The notes: generated from the letters alone by a model not told the origin. A stretch of DNA of 64,000 nt from Alphaproteobacteria bacterium (GCA_045632645.1 JAZQXC010000014.1:104637-168636); one strand, 5' to 3'; shown: positions 33,161 through 45,299, counted from the stretch's first letter. Program-made: numbers and translations.

Positions 33161-33958
33161 TTATACTCCTTGGCTAAGTTTTGTTACAATATCTGATATA
33201 TCTTGCGCCGCCTCAGACATAGGATATCTTGTTAAAAGTAGCTCTTTATTTCTAATAGTATCACGAATACGAGCATCTTGCCGAATGATACCTAATAGTT
33301 CAGGAAAATTCAAGCCGTTTCTTTCTACTGCCCTATTTAGTCTTTCATAAACTTTATAACCATCTTCAAACGAATTAACCTTATTTATAATAATTTTACA
33401 TTCAACATCAAAACCTAAAGAGTTTATAAATTTTATTAAATCTAATGTTTTTATCAAATCAACACTTTCTTCAGAGCAAAGAATAATTACATTTTTTGCA
33501 ATTTGAAGTAGGCTTAAATTATTATTGTTTATATCAGAGCCCAAATCAAGAAGTGTAAAATCATAATTTTTAGATAATATCTGCAAATCTTGGCTAAATA
33601 ACTGGATTCTTCCAACTGGTTCGTTTAATAAAAATTTATTTCCAGGCTTTGCTATCAAAAAATTGAAATCTCTATTTTTATATGCAATAACAAGCTGATT
33701 TAGAGTCTTTTTACCCAATATGTAATCTTCCAAATAACAAGGATTTTGCAACATAATATACGAAGATATATTAGATAATCCACCATTCCCATCAACAGCT
33801 AAAACCTTATTTTGCCTCATATTAAGAGCTTGCGCCAAAGAAAGTGTGCACCAAGAGGTTCCAACTTGCTCGGCACCAGAAAGAAACACAGATATATTTT
33901 GCTTTTTCATCTGGTTTAAAAAAAGATTATTGTAAACAAACTCCATGTTATCAGACAC
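33161..33958 (-). CDS. ParA/MinD-superfamily-like protein with degenerate Walker A
   Basis: ISVFLSGAEQVGTSWCTLSLAQAL...KVLAVDGNGG aligns with the MinD/ParA ISV.SGKGGVGKTT...LA..G.KVL.VD.D block, but the GKGGVGKT residues are replaced. Confidence 0.5.
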   Translation of the reverse strand: MSDNMEFVYNNLFLNQMKKQNISVFLSGAEQVGTSWCTLSLAQALNMRQNKVLAVDGNGGLSNISSYIMLQNPCYLEDYILGKKTLNQLVIAYKNRDFNFLIAKPGNKFLLNEPVGRIQLFSQDLQILSKNYDFTLLDLGSDINNNNLSLLQIAKNVIILCSEESVDLIKTLDLIKFINSLGFDVECKIIINKVNSFEDGYKVYERLNRAVERNGLNFPELLGIIRQDARIRDTIRNKELLLTRYPMSEAAQDISDIVTKLSQGV

Positions 33959-34071
33959 GTCAAACCACTCTAAATAAATTTATAATGTTTTTCCAAAGAT
34001 AAAGTATTTTTTAACATAATAACAGCTATACTTTAAATATCAAAGAATCTTTTCGTCTTGGGAGTAAATAA

Positions 34072-35007
34072 ATGAGGTTTGTTATAGCGATATTTTTTGC
34101 ATTATGCTTCTCTGCGCCAATAAAAGCAGAAGAGTTTTATGAACTTACATATAAAACTTTAAATGCAGAAAGTTATAAACAGCCAGTTTATTCATCATTC
34201 TTAACAAAAGAGCATTATTCAGATCAATTTGTTATAACTCTTTATGCTGATCCAGATAATTTTCCTTTATCATCTAAAAATCAAGGTTCTGTTTTTTATA
34301 AAATTTTGAGCGATTTATTTTATGATGAACATGTAGGTATATGGTTTTATTATGCTAATAAAGGAAATTATGAGAAAGAAGTAAATGATTATGAAAAAAT
34401 ATTAGGAGAAAACGAAAAAACAAGATTGGGTATAGCTGGAATATTTGCAGTTCCATACGAGCATGTAAAATATTCTAGAAACGAATTTTTATATCCCTCC
34501 ATTTTTGAAAACAATATTCATTTAATTACATCAAAAGATAAAAAAATAAATGCTACCACAAAAGAAGATTTGAGACAATACAAAGGAGTTTATGCCAAAG
34601 AAGATAAACTCGGAAGTCAAGCAGAAAAAGACTTTAAAAGATTAAACATCGCACCTAAAAACACTTTTGATGAGGCTTTTGAAGCTTTATTAACAGGTCA
34701 AGCAGACTTTATGGTTGGAAGTTACTATCGTTGTCAAATAGAGTTATACAAAAGAGGTTTAAGAGAATATGTGAATTATAGCGAAAATGCTGTTTGGAAG
34801 ATATCTTTATTTCTAAAAATGCTTCCCATAGTTCTTAATCACAACAGAATAAAAGCGATAAAAAAATACTTGAAAACTCCAGAATATAAAAAGAAAAGGG
34901 ATGAGGCATTAAACGAAATCTTAGAATATTACAAAGAAAATACAAAAGGAGTAATCCCTCCAACATATACTAATACAATTAAATTAGAACAAACAGTTGA
35001 AAATTAA
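34072..35007 (+). CDS. hypothetical periplasmic protein (signal peptide; possible solute-binding-protein family 3-like C-terminal half)
   Basis: signal MRFVIAIFFALCFSAPIKA; LLTGQADFMVGSYY resembles the SBP_bac_3 hinge motif; weak. Confidence 0.35.
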   Translation: MRFVIAIFFALCFSAPIKAEEFYELTYKTLNAESYKQPVYSSFLTKEHYSDQFVITLYADPDNFPLSSKNQGSVFYKILSDLFYDEHVGIWFYYANKGNYEKEVNDYEKILGENEKTRLGIAGIFAVPYEHVKYSRNEFLYPSIFENNIHLITSKDKKINATTKEDLRQYKGVYAKEDKLGSQAEKDFKRLNIAPKNTFDEAFEALLTGQADFMVGSYYRCQIELYKRGLREYVNYSENAVWKISLFLKMLPIVLNHNRIKAIKKYLKTPEYKKKRDEALNEILEYYKENTKGVIPPTYTNTIKLEQTVEN

Positions 35008-35045
35008 AAACATTATGTGTAGCATACAATAAACAGGAGTATAAA

Positions 35046-35711
35046 ATGGTTCTTTTAATTCATCATACAACATCGCCCCAATCTCGCAAAATGAGATTAA
35101 TAATGGCTGAAAAAAAGATGCTTTTTGTTCTAAAAGAAGAAGAACCATGGAATTTATCTCAAAAAGTTAAAGAATTTAATCCGGCAGAAGATTTACCCGT
35201 GCTTGTGTTTGATGGCACAGTTATTTCAGGCAATTACGCTATAACAGAATATTTAGAAGAAAGTAACCCTCAATACAAATTGCTTCCAGAAGACTCAAAG
35301 CAAAGAGCAGAGGTTAGAAGAATAGTTGATTGGTTTGATACTAAATTTTATAATGAGGTTTACAAATATATTGTAACAGAAAAAATAATAAAAAGATTTC
35401 ATTTAAAACAACCACCCAACTCAAAAATTCTAAAAGCAGGGCTAAATAATTTAAAATACCATATGGAATATATTGACTATTTGGCAGATTGTAATAACTA
35501 TCTAGCCGGAAATGAGTTAACGCTAGCAGATATTACCGCTGCGGCCCATCTTTCTGTTATAGACTATCTTGGGGACATCTCTTGGGATGAATACAAAAAT
35601 GCAAAACTTTGGTTTTCAAAAATAAAATCTCGTCCAAGTTTTAGAGATATCTTAAAAGATAACATAAGGGGAATACCTCCTTCAGCTCACTACACTAATT
35701 TGGATTTTTAA
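35046..35711 (+). CDS. glutathione S-transferase family protein
   Basis: thioredoxin-like N-domain (SPQSRKMRLIMAEKK...FEL, GNYAITEYLEE) and helical GST C-domain. Confidence 0.7.
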   Translation: MVLLIHHTTSPQSRKMRLIMAEKKMLFVLKEEEPWNLSQKVKEFNPAEDLPVLVFDGTVISGNYAITEYLEESNPQYKLLPEDSKQRAEVRRIVDWFDTKFYNEVYKYIVTEKIIKRFHLKQPPNSKILKAGLNNLKYHMEYIDYLADCNNYLAGNELTLADITAAAHLSVIDYLGDISWDEYKNAKLWFSKIKSRPSFRDILKDNIRGIPPSAHYTNLDF

Positions 35712-35712
35712 T

Positions 35713-36165
35713 ATGAAAAAGATTTGTTTATTCTTACTTTTAATGATGCAATGCTCCTGTTCTAGCACTAAGGGGCAGGTGGTTTTTCATTGGGATAGAT
35801 ATAATACAGGCGGTATAAAGTTTGCCAGAGATCACTCAGAGTGTATGAGGCAAGCTGAGGCTCTGAGGTTAATGCCCAATTTTAGGAGTTGGTTTTATAC
35901 AGAGGAGCAACGATACAATATTGTTGTAAAATGGCACAAAGAACATGGTATTTGGGCTAGTTTTGTTCCATATCCAGGGGCGATGCCTATATTGGTTAAT
36001 TCAGTTCGTGATGATACAGATGCAAGTCCTCGAAAGTATCAAAAGTGTATGCTAAAGAGGGGGTATGTTGAAAGAACAACAGATATTCCAGAGGCAAGCA
36101 ACTTATTTGTTTATAAGCCTCAAAGTGTTAACCAAGATGCACCACTCGATAATACATATCCTTAA
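35713..36165 (+). CDS. small hypothetical secreted/lipoprotein
   Basis: signal peptide MKKICLFLLLMMQCSC, 150 aa, no known motif. Confidence 0.35.
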   Translation: MKKICLFLLLMMQCSCSSTKGQVVFHWDRYNTGGIKFARDHSECMRQAEALRLMPNFRSWFYTEEQRYNIVVKWHKEHGIWASFVPYPGAMPILVNSVRDDTDASPRKYQKCMLKRGYVERTTDIPEASNLFVYKPQSVNQDAPLDNTYP

Positions 36166-37562
36166 TTTTTAATACTATAACCTCCTCCGATACTTTTATA
36201 AAAGGAGGTTATATTTTGTAATATTTGAGCATTATTTTCAATAAGATTGTTTTCAGCATCTAAGAGGTTTTGCTCTGCTCTTGCAAGTTCGACAAATTCA
36301 AGAAGTCCGTTCTCATACTTTACGCGTGTTAGGTCTAAGATCTGTTTCATCTTATCCTTAGCTTTTCTAAGGTGATTGTTTGTTTTGTATGTTTCTTCAA
36401 TAAAAGTAATATTGTCTTTTATTTCCATAATTGCAGTTAGCATTGTTTCATTATAATTTAAGAGATATTCTTCTTTTATGCTTTTTTGTAATTCAATGTT
36501 ATTAGTTAGCATTCCCCAGTGCCAAATAGGGATAGTAATGTTAGGGGTGTAACCATATATTTGTTTATTTTGATAAAATAATTTTCTAGCACTATTAGAT
36601 ATAAATCCAAAGGATGCTCCAATATCAAGTGTTGGGTATAGGTCAGTTATCGCCTGATTTACCACAGCGTTTTGTGTTTTAACAGATTGCTCTGCAATTC
36701 TAATATCAGCTCTGTTTCTAATAGCGCTTAAAGGTATTTTATATAATTTATTTACACTGTATTTAAATGCGTTAGATGTGATGTTTCTTTTGTATTTATC
36801 TAAATTTATAGAGGTGTTACTTGGGAGTTCTCCTAATAATACATATATTGCATTTTTATACCTTTCGATATCTTCTTTTATTTGTGGAATTGTAGATTTT
36901 GTATTTTCAACAGAAAAAATCGCTTGATTAAGCGCTAAATCATCAGTAATTCCTGCATCAAATTTATCTTTAACTGTTTGCAGTGTTTCCTCCTGAAGTT
37001 TTAAGTTTTTTCTAGCAATTTTAAGCTTCTCTTGTGCTAATCTTAAGTTTATATAGTTTTTAATTATTTCTGAATTTATAGATAGTTTTGTATCGTTAAT
37101 GCTATATTCAGCCTGTTTCATTATTTCATAGTATTGATCAGATATATATTTGCCTTTTCCCCAAATATCAATTTCCCATGAAACATCAAACCCAACCTGA
37201 AAGTTATTTATGTTATTAAGAGAGTATGTGCTGTTATTGTTTTTTTTATAATTGTACTCCTCCACTCCATTAATTAAAGGATACATCTCTTTAGAATAGA
37301 TGTTTAATTGGTGTCTTGATTGTTGTAATCTTTTTATCGCTTGAGAAATGTCTATATTCGAGTTTTCTGCTTTTTGAATCAGTGTATTTAAATCGCTGTC
37401 TTTAAAAATTGTATACCAGTCAGAAGATATTATTTCTGGTGGGGTGCTTAGCTTTAGCGTGCCTTTTATTTCCCCGTCTGAGGCAAATTCTTTATGTTCA
37501 TATTTATCTCCAACGCTACAAGCAGATAATATAAATATTGTAATAAATAAAATATTACGCAT
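36162..37562 (-). CDS. outer-membrane efflux factor (TolC/NodT family lipoprotein) of an RND system
   Basis: lipoprotein signal (ILSACSV), two OEP-like repeat halves, directly downstream of the RND pump gene. Confidence 0.75.
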   Translation of the reverse strand: MRNILFITIFILSACSVGDKYEHKEFASDGEIKGTLKLSTPPEIISSDWYTIFKDSDLNTLIQKAENSNIDISQAIKRLQQSRHQLNIYSKEMYPLINGVEEYNYKKNNNSTYSLNNINNFQVGFDVSWEIDIWGKGKYISDQYYEIMKQAEYSINDTKLSINSEIIKNYINLRLAQEKLKIARKNLKLQEETLQTVKDKFDAGITDDLALNQAIFSVENTKSTIPQIKEDIERYKNAIYVLLGELPSNTSINLDKYKRNITSNAFKYSVNKLYKIPLSAIRNRADIRIAEQSVKTQNAVVNQAITDLYPTLDIGASFGFISNSARKLFYQNKQIYGYTPNITIPIWHWGMLTNNIELQKSIKEEYLLNYNETMLTAIMEIKDNITFIEETYKTNNHLRKAKDKMKQILDLTRVKYENGLLEFVELARAEQNLLDAENNLIENNAQILQNITSFYKSIGGGYSIKN

Positions 37563-40500
37563 TTTTATCCTCCTTGATGCTTAATTTGGGTGTAAAGAAC
37601 TCTGTTATATGTTCAAATAATGCGAATAATGTAGGTATGAATATAATACCAATTAATGTTGCAACAATCATTCCAAAAAATACTGTTACGCCAATAGATA
37701 TTTGAGAGTTCGCTCCTGGCCCTTTTGCTATAATCATTGGGAATACCCCTAAAATAAAAGTCATTGCAGTCATAAGCACAGCTCTAAATCTTTCTCCAGC
37801 TCCTAGTTTTGAAGCTTCAATAATACTATAACCTTTCTCTCTGTATTCTTTTGTAAATTCAACAATTAAAATAGCGTTTTTTGCTGCAAGGCCAATTAAC
37901 AATACGATGCCAAGTTGCGCGTATATGCTTAATGGTAAATTAAAAAGGTGCAATCCAATAAAGCCCCCTAGAATTGCAAAAATAGTAGAAAACATAACCG
38001 AAAAAGCAAGCATCCAACTTTCATATTGAGCCACTAAAAATAAATAGCAAAAAATAATCGCTAAAAATACTAAAAAAACAATAAGTCCTCTAGTTTTATA
38101 TTCCTGCAATGACAATCCTGTCCAATTAAAGCTATATCCCTTAGGTAAAACTTTTTGAGCAGCATTTTCTAAAGTCTGCATTGCTTGACCACTACTAATG
38201 TCTGTTTTAGCTTGTGCAGTAATTGGCGCAGCCGTATATAAATTATACCTGTATATAATTTTGGGTGATATTTTGGTTGAAATATCAGCAAAACTATCAA
38301 CTTTTATAAGATTATTGTTATTTGATTTTACATATAAGTTTTTAATGCTGTTTTTATCTTTGCGATATCTGAAATCAGCTTGCAAAATTACTCTATTTAT
38401 CTGCCCACTCAAAGTTATGTTATTAATATATGTGGCGCCTAAGTTTGTTTGCAGGGTGCTAAACATATTAGCAACAGGAATATTATAAGACTGTAATTTT
38501 GTTCTATCAATATCTAAAAATAAATGTGGTGTATCAGCCCTGAAAGTACTAAATGCATACTCAATATCTCTAGATTTATTTATCTCTAAAAGATATTCAT
38601 TTAATACATCGGCAAGCTCTTTTGGTGTTTTGTTAGTGTCAGTTGCAATCAATTCAAGAGCAAGGCCATTACTTTGCCCAATTCCTGGGATGGGTGGTGG
38701 TGCAAAAAAGTTTATATCAGCGTTTTTAAATCCAATATACTCTCTTCGCAACTCTTGAGAAATAGCCTCTAATGATAATTCTTTTGATTTTCTTAAGTCC
38801 CAATCTTTTAGTCCAATAACAGCAAGGGCAACGTTTTCACCGCTTCCTCCAAGAATGCTATATCCTCCAACAGTAATAACATAATCCACTCCTTCTTTTT
38901 TTAAGATGTTGCTACTCATGTCTTTCAGAATTTTATTTGTTTGGTTTATACTTGCTGTTGTGTCTAGCTGAACATTTGCAAAAATAATTCCTTGGTCTTC
39001 TTCTGGAATAAAAGATGAAGCAGTGTATTTAAAGTAAAGTAGTATTGCAATAATAGTGCACAATATAACAATTACAGATAACCATAAATATCTTACAAAA
39101 AATGCGACAATCTGAATATAAATATTTTTGCAAAATTCTAGTCCTTTATTAAACCAATTAAAAAAGATAAAATCACTATCATTCTTTTCGTTTTTCAAAA
39201 AAATAGAACAAAGAGCAGGGCTTAAAGTTAGTGCGTTAAATGCAGAAAAAATAACGGCCGTTCCAATTGCAACAGCAAATTGTTGATATATTTTACCTGT
39301 TATGCCAGCCATTAAGCCAACAGGAACAAATATTGCCAGTAACACAAAAGTTGTCGCAACAACGGCTGATCCTATTTGTTTCATCGCCTCAATTGACGCC
39401 TCAAGAGAGCCAATCTTTTTATTTGACATTAAATATTGCACTCTTTCAACCACGATAATAGCGTCATCAACCACAAGTCCTATAACAAGAATCATTGCAA
39501 ATAATGTTAAAATATTTATATCAAACCCCAATAGATAAATAACAATAAATGTTGCAATAAGAGATACTGGAATAGTAATTAAAGGAATAAGAGTAGTTTT
39601 AACCTTCTGCAAAAATAAATAAGTTACAAGTACTACTAATAAAAAAGTAATAAACAGTGTTTCAATAATCGCCTCAATAGAAGCTCTAACGTAGCTAGTT
39701 GAATCGTAAGTAACTTTAATTTCCATATCTTGAGGAAACGTTTTAGAAAGTTCTTTTAATTCTTCCCTAATCGCGTTCATTGTCTCAAGTGCATTTGTGT
39801 TTGGTGTTTGGTTTAATGCAATAACAACTGCTGGGGCGTTATCAAATTTTGAAACTAAATTATACGAATCTTGTCCAAGCTCTATTTTTGCCACATCTTT
39901 AAGAAATACTGTTGCCCCATTTTGAGAGGTTGCCACCACAATATTAGAAAAATCCTCAACACTATTTAGCAATCCTTTAGCAGTAAGGCTAAGCACAATA
40001 TTACTATTAATATCGCTCGGTGCAGAGCCAACGCTACCCACAGCAGCTTGTATGTTTTGATTCTTTACAGCCTCAATAATGTCTGCACTATTTAACCCCA
40101 TAGCTGAAATTTTATTTACATCAAGCCAAATTCTCATGCTATATTTAGGACCAAATATTTGTACTCCACCCACCCCATAAATGCGAGATAAGGGGTTTTT
40201 AATATTCGTATATGCAAAGTTGCTTAAAAACAAATCAGAATAAGTGTTATTTGGAGAACGTAAAACAATCATTCCAAGCATGTCGGAGTTTTCGGAAGAA
40301 ATGTCGATTCCCTCCTTTGTAACTTCTTCCGGAAGCTCGCTATTAACCTGTTGTAGCCTATTTTGCACTTTAACCTGTGCAATATCAGGGTTTGTTCCAA
40401 CGTCAAAGGTGACTGTTAGGTTATACGAACCATTATCATCAGATGTAGAAGACATATAAATCATATCCTCGACCCCATTCATTTGGTTCTCAATAGGTAT

Positions 40501-40689
40501 TGCAACTGTTTCGGTTAAAACTTCTGCATTTGCTCCTAAATATGTTGTCTTAACATTAACTTGCGGTGGTGTTATGTTTGGGAATTGCGATACTGGTAAA
40601 ACTTTTATTGCAAGCAATCCTAAAATTATCAAAACAATAGAGATAACTATAGCAAAGCGAGGACGATTTATGAAAAATTCTGAAAACAT
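37555..40689 (-). CDS. RND multidrug efflux transporter, AcrB/AcrD/AcrF family
   Basis: 1044 aa, 12 TM with two large periplasmic loops; N-terminal [25 protein letters not shown] typical of HAE1 RND pumps. Confidence 0.9.
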   Translation of the reverse strand: MFSEFFINRPRFAIVISIVLIILGLLAIKVLPVSQFPNITPPQVNVKTTYLGANAEVLTETVAIPIENQMNGVEDMIYMSSTSDDNGSYNLTVTFDVGTNPDIAQVKVQNRLQQVNSELPEEVTKEGIDISSENSDMLGMIVLRSPNNTYSDLFLSNFAYTNIKNPLSRIYGVGGVQIFGPKYSMRIWLDVNKISAMGLNSADIIEAVKNQNIQAAVGSVGSAPSDINSNIVLSLTAKGLLNSVEDFSNIVVATSQNGATVFLKDVAKIELGQDSYNLVSKFDNAPAVVIALNQTPNTNALETMNAIREELKELSKTFPQDMEIKVTYDSTSYVRASIEAIIETLFITFLLVVLVTYLFLQKVKTTLIPLITIPVSLIATFIVIYLLGFDINILTLFAMILVIGLVVDDAIIVVERVQYLMSNKKIGSLEASIEAMKQIGSAVVATTFVLLAIFVPVGLMAGITGKIYQQFAVAIGTAVIFSAFNALTLSPALCSIFLKNEKNDSDFIFFNWFNKGLEFCKNIYIQIVAFFVRYLWLSVIVILCTIIAILLYFKYTASSFIPEEDQGIIFANVQLDTTASINQTNKILKDMSSNILKKEGVDYVITVGGYSILGGSGENVALAVIGLKDWDLRKSKELSLEAISQELRREYIGFKNADINFFAPPPIPGIGQSNGLALELIATDTNKTPKELADVLNEYLLEINKSRDIEYAFSTFRADTPHLFLDIDRTKLQSYNIPVANMFSTLQTNLGATYINNITLSGQINRVILQADFRYRKDKNSIKNLYVKSNNNNLIKVDSFADISTKISPKIIYRYNLYTAAPITAQAKTDISSGQAMQTLENAAQKVLPKGYSFNWTGLSLQEYKTRGLIVFLVFLAIIFCYLFLVAQYESWMLAFSVMFSTIFAILGGFIGLHLFNLPLSIYAQLGIVLLIGLAAKNAILIVEFTKEYREKGYSIIEASKLGAGERFRAVLMTAMTFILGVFPMIIAKGPGANSQISIGVTVFFGMIVATLIGIIFIPTLFALFEHITEFFTPKLSIKEDKNA

Positions 40690-40704
40690 TCTATCCCCCT
40701 TTTT

Positions 40705-41844
40705 TTACTTTAATATGTTAAAATGAATGTTCTTTTTATTGAGTGTTTCTTGGGTGCTATCTACAATAATCAAATCCTCAGGTTGGAAGCTGTTTTCAAT
40801 AATATAAGCATTCTCTTGTTCAGATAATATTGTGATTGGTTCAGTAATTATTTTATTGTTTCTAGCAATCTTTATAAAATTGCCATTTTCTCTCATTTCA
40901 ACAATATCCTTGCTTACACTAATAGCGTTATTTATTTTTTTATATATATCAACCATTACAAAAGCATTGGGAAGTAATTTTTTTTTATCATTTTTAAAGT
41001 CAACAAAAACAGCCAAAGAGTTTGTGTCTTTATTTATTTGATTGTCAATATATTTGTATTCTCCATTATGTTCAAAATTTTCACCATTAGCTATCGTAAG
41101 TTTTATTACACTGTCTTTAAATGGTGAGTCGCTGTATTTAAAAGCATTTAAATACTCAATATCTGTAATTGAAAACACAACTCTAATAGGGTCAATTTGT
41201 ACAATACTTAATAGCACGGCACCTTCTGGTGAAACAAAATTCCCTTTCGTTAAATTAAAGTTTCCAACCACCCCATCAATCGGCGCATTAATTGTAGTAT
41301 ATCCATAATTGACTTCAGCTAACATTTTATTAGCCTCCATGTTTGCAAGTGATGCTTTTGCCTGCAAAAAGTTGTTTTTTGCGTTATCAATTTCAATTTG
41401 AGAAAAGGCTTTCTCCCCAGATTTTTTCACTCTTTCATAATAATTGCTATTATATTCAAATACAGCCAAAGCTTGCGCTACCGAAGCTTTTGCGGCTTCA
41501 AGTTTAGCAATATATTCATCTTTATTGAGTGTAAAAAGGAGCTCGCCTTGTTTAACAAAGCTTCCTTCTTTTACATTTATATTATCCAAATATCCACTTA
41601 TAAATGGCACAATATTTGCTTGATTTATAGCAATTGTATGTCCAACATATGAGCGTTTAATCGTAAAAATGTCAGGTTTTATAGGTATAGCATTCAATGT
41701 TATACCTTCATCAATAGGTACATGCCTGATTTCTTTCGGATTGACTTTGTAAAAAACAAAATATCCAAGCCCAAAAGAAATCAGACACATAACAATAAGT
41801 ATTAAGACATAAGTTTTGCGCACACCATCACTTTTTATCATCAA
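40705..41844 (-). CDS. RND efflux membrane-fusion (periplasmic adaptor) protein, HlyD/AcrA family
   Basis: N-terminal membrane anchor, coiled-coil hairpin region, lipoyl/beta-barrel-like segments; first gene of the MFP-RND-OMF operon. Confidence 0.75.
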   Translation of the reverse strand: MMIKSDGVRKTYVLILIVMCLISFGLGYFVFYKVNPKEIRHVPIDEGITLNAIPIKPDIFTIKRSYVGHTIAINQANIVPFISGYLDNINVKEGSFVKQGELLFTLNKDEYIAKLEAAKASVAQALAVFEYNSNYYERVKKSGEKAFSQIEIDNAKNNFLQAKASLANMEANKMLAEVNYGYTTINAPIDGVVGNFNLTKGNFVSPEGAVLLSIVQIDPIRVVFSITDIEYLNAFKYSDSPFKDSVIKLTIANGENFEHNGEYKYIDNQINKDTNSLAVFVDFKNDKKKLLPNAFVMVDIYKKINNAISVSKDIVEMRENGNFIKIARNNKIITEPITILSEQENAYIIENSFQPEDLIIVDSTQETLNKKNIHFNILK

Positions 41845-41910
41845 CCATACCTCTTTATATCATCTTTTTAATTCCCAAAATAGATAATCAGAGTTGGTTA
41901 TTTTTCAAGG

Positions 41911-42786
41911 TTATTGCATAAGTTCTATTGCCTTTGTAATCTTTTTTATAGAATTAAGTTCTATTTGGCGCACTCTTTCCTTAGATATGTTATATGTTTT
42001 ACTTAAATCATCTAAGGTAATAGCCCTATCAAAAAGACGTCGTTTAAATAAAATATCTTTTTCTCTTTTATTAAGAACATATAGTGCTTTATTAAACATT
42101 TGTTTTCTATACCTAACGGTTTCAGCGTGGGCAAGACTTTCCTCCTGGTTTGGTTTGTTGTCAGAAATAAAGTCCATCCACTCTGTCGCTCCATCGCTAT
42201 CACTATCAATAATCGAGTTTAGAGAGCCATCATGCGCCTTTAACCTCATATTCATATCCATAACATCTTGCACGCTAACGTCTAAAGATTGAGCAATATT
42301 ATGTAATATATGCTGAGAGAGCTCTCTATCATCAATCAAATTAAGCTTATTTTTTATTTTTCTTAAATTAAAAAACAATTTTTTTTGTGCCGCTGTAGTT
42401 CCAAGTTTAACAAGCGACCAAGAATTGAGAATATATTTCTGCACAGATGCCTTAATCCACCACAATGCGTATGTAGAAAATCTGAAACCTTTTTCTGGCT
42501 CAAATTTATCAATCGCATACATCAGTCCAATATTTCCTTCAGAAATCATCTCTCCAACAGGAAGTCCATATCCTTTATATTTAGACACCACCTTAACCAC
42601 AAGTCTTAGGTGTGAAGTAATAAGTCTGTATGCAATATTTTTGTCTTTTGTATTTTGATATTCAAGAGCTAGCTCATACTCTTCTTCGGGTGTTAAAATT
42701 GGATATTTTTTAATAGATTGGAGGTATCTAGATAAATTTTCCTCCGGTGAAAAGTCAAGTCCATTTAGAATAAGTTGCTGTTTCAT
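41911..42786 (-). CDS. rpoH: RNA polymerase sigma-32 (heat-shock sigma factor)
   Basis: sigma-70 regions 2 and 4 plus RpoH box (QKKLFFNLRK). Confidence 0.85.
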   Translation of the reverse strand: MKQQLILNGLDFSPEENLSRYLQSIKKYPILTPEEEYELALEYQNTKDKNIAYRLITSHLRLVVKVVSKYKGYGLPVGEMISEGNIGLMYAIDKFEPEKGFRFSTYALWWIKASVQKYILNSWSLVKLGTTAAQKKLFFNLRKIKNKLNLIDDRELSQHILHNIAQSLDVSVQDVMDMNMRLKAHDGSLNSIIDSDSDGATEWMDFISDNKPNQEESLAHAETVRYRKQMFNKALYVLNKREKDILFKRRLFDRAITLDDLSKTYNISKERVRQIELNSIKKITKAIELMQ

Positions 42787-42910
42787 TATCTTTCTCCTAA
42801 AAGTTGACTTAAAGGAGTGTATCTATAATTTTTTTTTCCACAATCTAGACAATAGTTCTATTGTTTTTAATAAAAAATTAAGAAAAACAGTGGCTTATTA
42901 GGTATAAAAG

Positions 42911-43912
42911 CTATATTTTAAGTGTTTCCAAAAGCCCCTTCATATCATCAGGAAAGTCAGCCTTAAAAGATAAAAATTTCTTTGTTCTTGGGTGGATAAA
43001 ACCTAAAGAATAAGCATGTAGAGCTTGTCTTGGAAATTTATTTACATACGCTTTTTTGTCGTTGGGCAAACAAATACTACTTTTCTTTGGTTTTTCATAA
43101 ACATCGTCACCAATTAAATGACACCCAATGCTAGAAAGATGCACTCTAATCTGATGAGTACGCCCTGTTTCTAAGTTACATTTTACTAAAGATGCAACAT
43201 TTTTAAAGTTTTCAATTACTTCATAATGTGTTATAGCTGTTTTCCCACCAATTTTAACAAGCGCCATTTTCTTTCTATCAAAAGAACTTCTAGCAATATT
43301 TCCCTCTATTGTCCCACTTAAAGGGTTTGGCACTCCATAAACAATAGCATAATATGTTCTCTCAATAGAGTGTTCAAAAAATTGCTCAGCCAAACCTTTA
43401 TGTGCAAAATCATTTTTAGCAACAACAATTACACCACTAGTATTTCTATCAATTCTGTGCACAATTCCAGGTCTTGCAACCCCGCCAATACCAGACAGAG
43501 AATCCTTACACCAAAACAAAATAGCATTAACTAGCGTGTCTCTTGTAACTCCTGCAGCAGGGTGTACAGTCATTCCAGCTGGTTTATTTACAACAATTAA
43601 ATCTTCATCTTCGTATAAAATATCAAGTTTAATATCTTGAGCAACAGGTACAGCGCTCTCTGGTTCTGGTAAAATTATCTGATATATATCGTTTAAACGA
43701 GTTTTGAAATTTTTATCAGCAATAATCTCGTCATCAATGAAAACGCTTCCTTTTTCAATAAGTTTTTGCGCCATAGAGCGTGATATATCACTAAATTCAC
43801 TTGCAATAAATTTATCAATTCTAGTCCCGTTATTGTCTTCATCTACTGGGTTTGTATATAAAATATTATTATTTTCGTCACTCATAGCATCACTTATTAA
43901 ACATATTTTCAC
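42911..43912 (-). CDS. rluD: 23S rRNA pseudouridine synthase, RluD/RluA family
   Basis: N-terminal S4 domain, catalytic HRLDRNTSGVIVVAKN motif. Confidence 0.85.
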   Translation of the reverse strand: MKICLISDAMSDENNNILYTNPVDEDNNGTRIDKFIASEFSDISRSMAQKLIEKGSVFIDDEIIADKNFKTRLNDIYQIILPEPESAVPVAQDIKLDILYEDEDLIVVNKPAGMTVHPAAGVTRDTLVNAILFWCKDSLSGIGGVARPGIVHRIDRNTSGVIVVAKNDFAHKGLAEQFFEHSIERTYYAIVYGVPNPLSGTIEGNIARSSFDRKKMALVKIGGKTAITHYEVIENFKNVASLVKCNLETGRTHQIRVHLSSIGCHLIGDDVYEKPKKSSICLPNDKKAYVNKFPRQALHAYSLGFIHPRTKKFLSFKADFPDDMKGLLETLKI

Positions 43913-44006
43913 TAATTAAGTGATAAGCTACAAAAAACTAATGTTAAAATCAAGTTTTTTTATACCAAGAAAACTTTATAATACTAAAAATATAGGAGCA
44001 TTCTAA

Positions 44007-45299
44007 ATGTCTGATGATTTGCTAGACGAGTTTATTTCAGAGGAAAATACACAAACAACAAGTGAACAATCACAAAATCAAGCATCACAGGAATCAATTA
44101 AATCTATAGAAGAAACACTAGAAGATGAATTTACACGTTTGCTAAAAGAATTTATCACAGAGAGCGAACAAAAAGAAGAAGAGAGAAAAGCAAAATATGC
44201 TCCTCGCCCTGATACTTCCAAACCAGTACCAACGCCACAAAAAAATATAGACAGTTTTTTTAATCAAAGTGAAGTATCATCTAGTGTTAATTTAGATGCT
44301 TTTATTGGTAAAGAAGATTCTGCAAATAGTGGGTTAGATAGCTTTTTAATGCCCGAAGAACCTAAAACAACAGGTTTAGATAGCTTTTTAACGCCTGAAG
44401 AACCTAAAGCAACAGGTTTAGATAGCTTTTTGACGCCTGAAGAACCTAAAGCAACAGGTTTAGATAGCTTTTTAACACCCGAAGAACCTAAAGCAACAGG
44501 TTTAGATGGTTTTATAACTCCCCAAGCAGATAGTGCTCATCAAAAAGATGGAAAAGGGATGTTTAAAGGTGTTCCTCCTGTTCATACCGAAAAGTTAAGT
44601 GAAACACAAATAAAATTAAAACAAGAAGAATTAGAGCTTTCTCGCGCAATAACAAACTTTCAAGATGGAATAAAAGCTATTTCGAAAAAGAAAAATTTAC
44701 AAGCGCCTGAAACGGATTATAACGAAAATATGTTATATCCAAACTACAAACCAAGTGTTGGTAAAAAAATTGCTAATCATTTACTAGCATGTTGGGATAT
44801 TCTCAATAAGTATGATCCTGAAAACATGCAAAGATTGCCCAAAAATGCAAACGACGAGCAGTTTTTGGTTTTTGCAGAATCATTAAAAGATACAGATATG
44901 CAGCTCGTTATAATATCTTATGTTGAAATTCTTATCAATTTAGAAATTTGTGAAGTGAAATATGAACAAAAGAAAGAAATTATAACCAAAAACCGTATTA
45001 AAAAAGAGCTTTATGAAGAGTATATGCGCCTTCAAGAAAGAAAAAATTTATTTATAAAAAAATTAAAAGAACAAAACTTCCCCATAGATGTTGATAAACT
45101 TATGAATAACTATTTTAGGGCAGCTCAAAAAGACACCAAAGGTGCTTTTAATGCCTTAACAAAAAATCCGGCAATGTTTGCCCCAATACAGTTTGAAAAA
45201 ATAAAACCACGCTTCTTTGGTTTGATTAAAGTAACTCCTGAGGATGGCATAAAAATGAATCAAAAAATAGGCGAATTTATTAAAAAATTGAAAGTTTAA
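44007..45299 (+). CDS. hypothetical acidic protein with five tandem 14-aa repeats (TGLDSFLTPEEPKA)
   Basis: 430 aa; acidic N-terminus; 5 copies of a 42-nt/14-aa unit; no recognisable catalytic motif; no signal peptide. Confidence 0.5.
   Translation: MSDDLLDEFISEENTQTTSEQSQNQASQESIKSIEETLEDEFTRLLKEFITESEQKEEERKAKYAPRPDTSKPVPTPQKNIDSFFNQSEVSSSVNLDAFIGKEDSANSGLDSFLMPEEPKTTGLDSFLTPEEPKATGLDSFLTPEEPKATGLDSFLTPEEPKATGLDGFITPQADSAHQKDGKGMFKGVPPVHTEKLSETQIKLKQEELELSRAITNFQDGIKAISKKKNLQAPETDYNENMLYPNYKPSVGKKIANHLLACWDILNKYDPENMQRLPKNANDEQFLVFAESLKDTDMQLVIISYVEILINLEICEVKYEQKKEIITKNRIKKELYEEYMRLQERKNLFIKKLKEQNFPIDVDKLMNNYFRAAQKDTKGAFNALTKNPAMFAPIQFEKIKPRFFGLIKVTPEDGIKMNQKIGEFIKKLKV
44328..44520 (+). 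repeat. tandem 42-nt repeat x5 (coding)
   Basis: unit ACAGGTTTAGATAGCTTTTTAACGCCTGAAGAACCTAAAGCA repeated near-perfectly. Confidence 0.85.
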
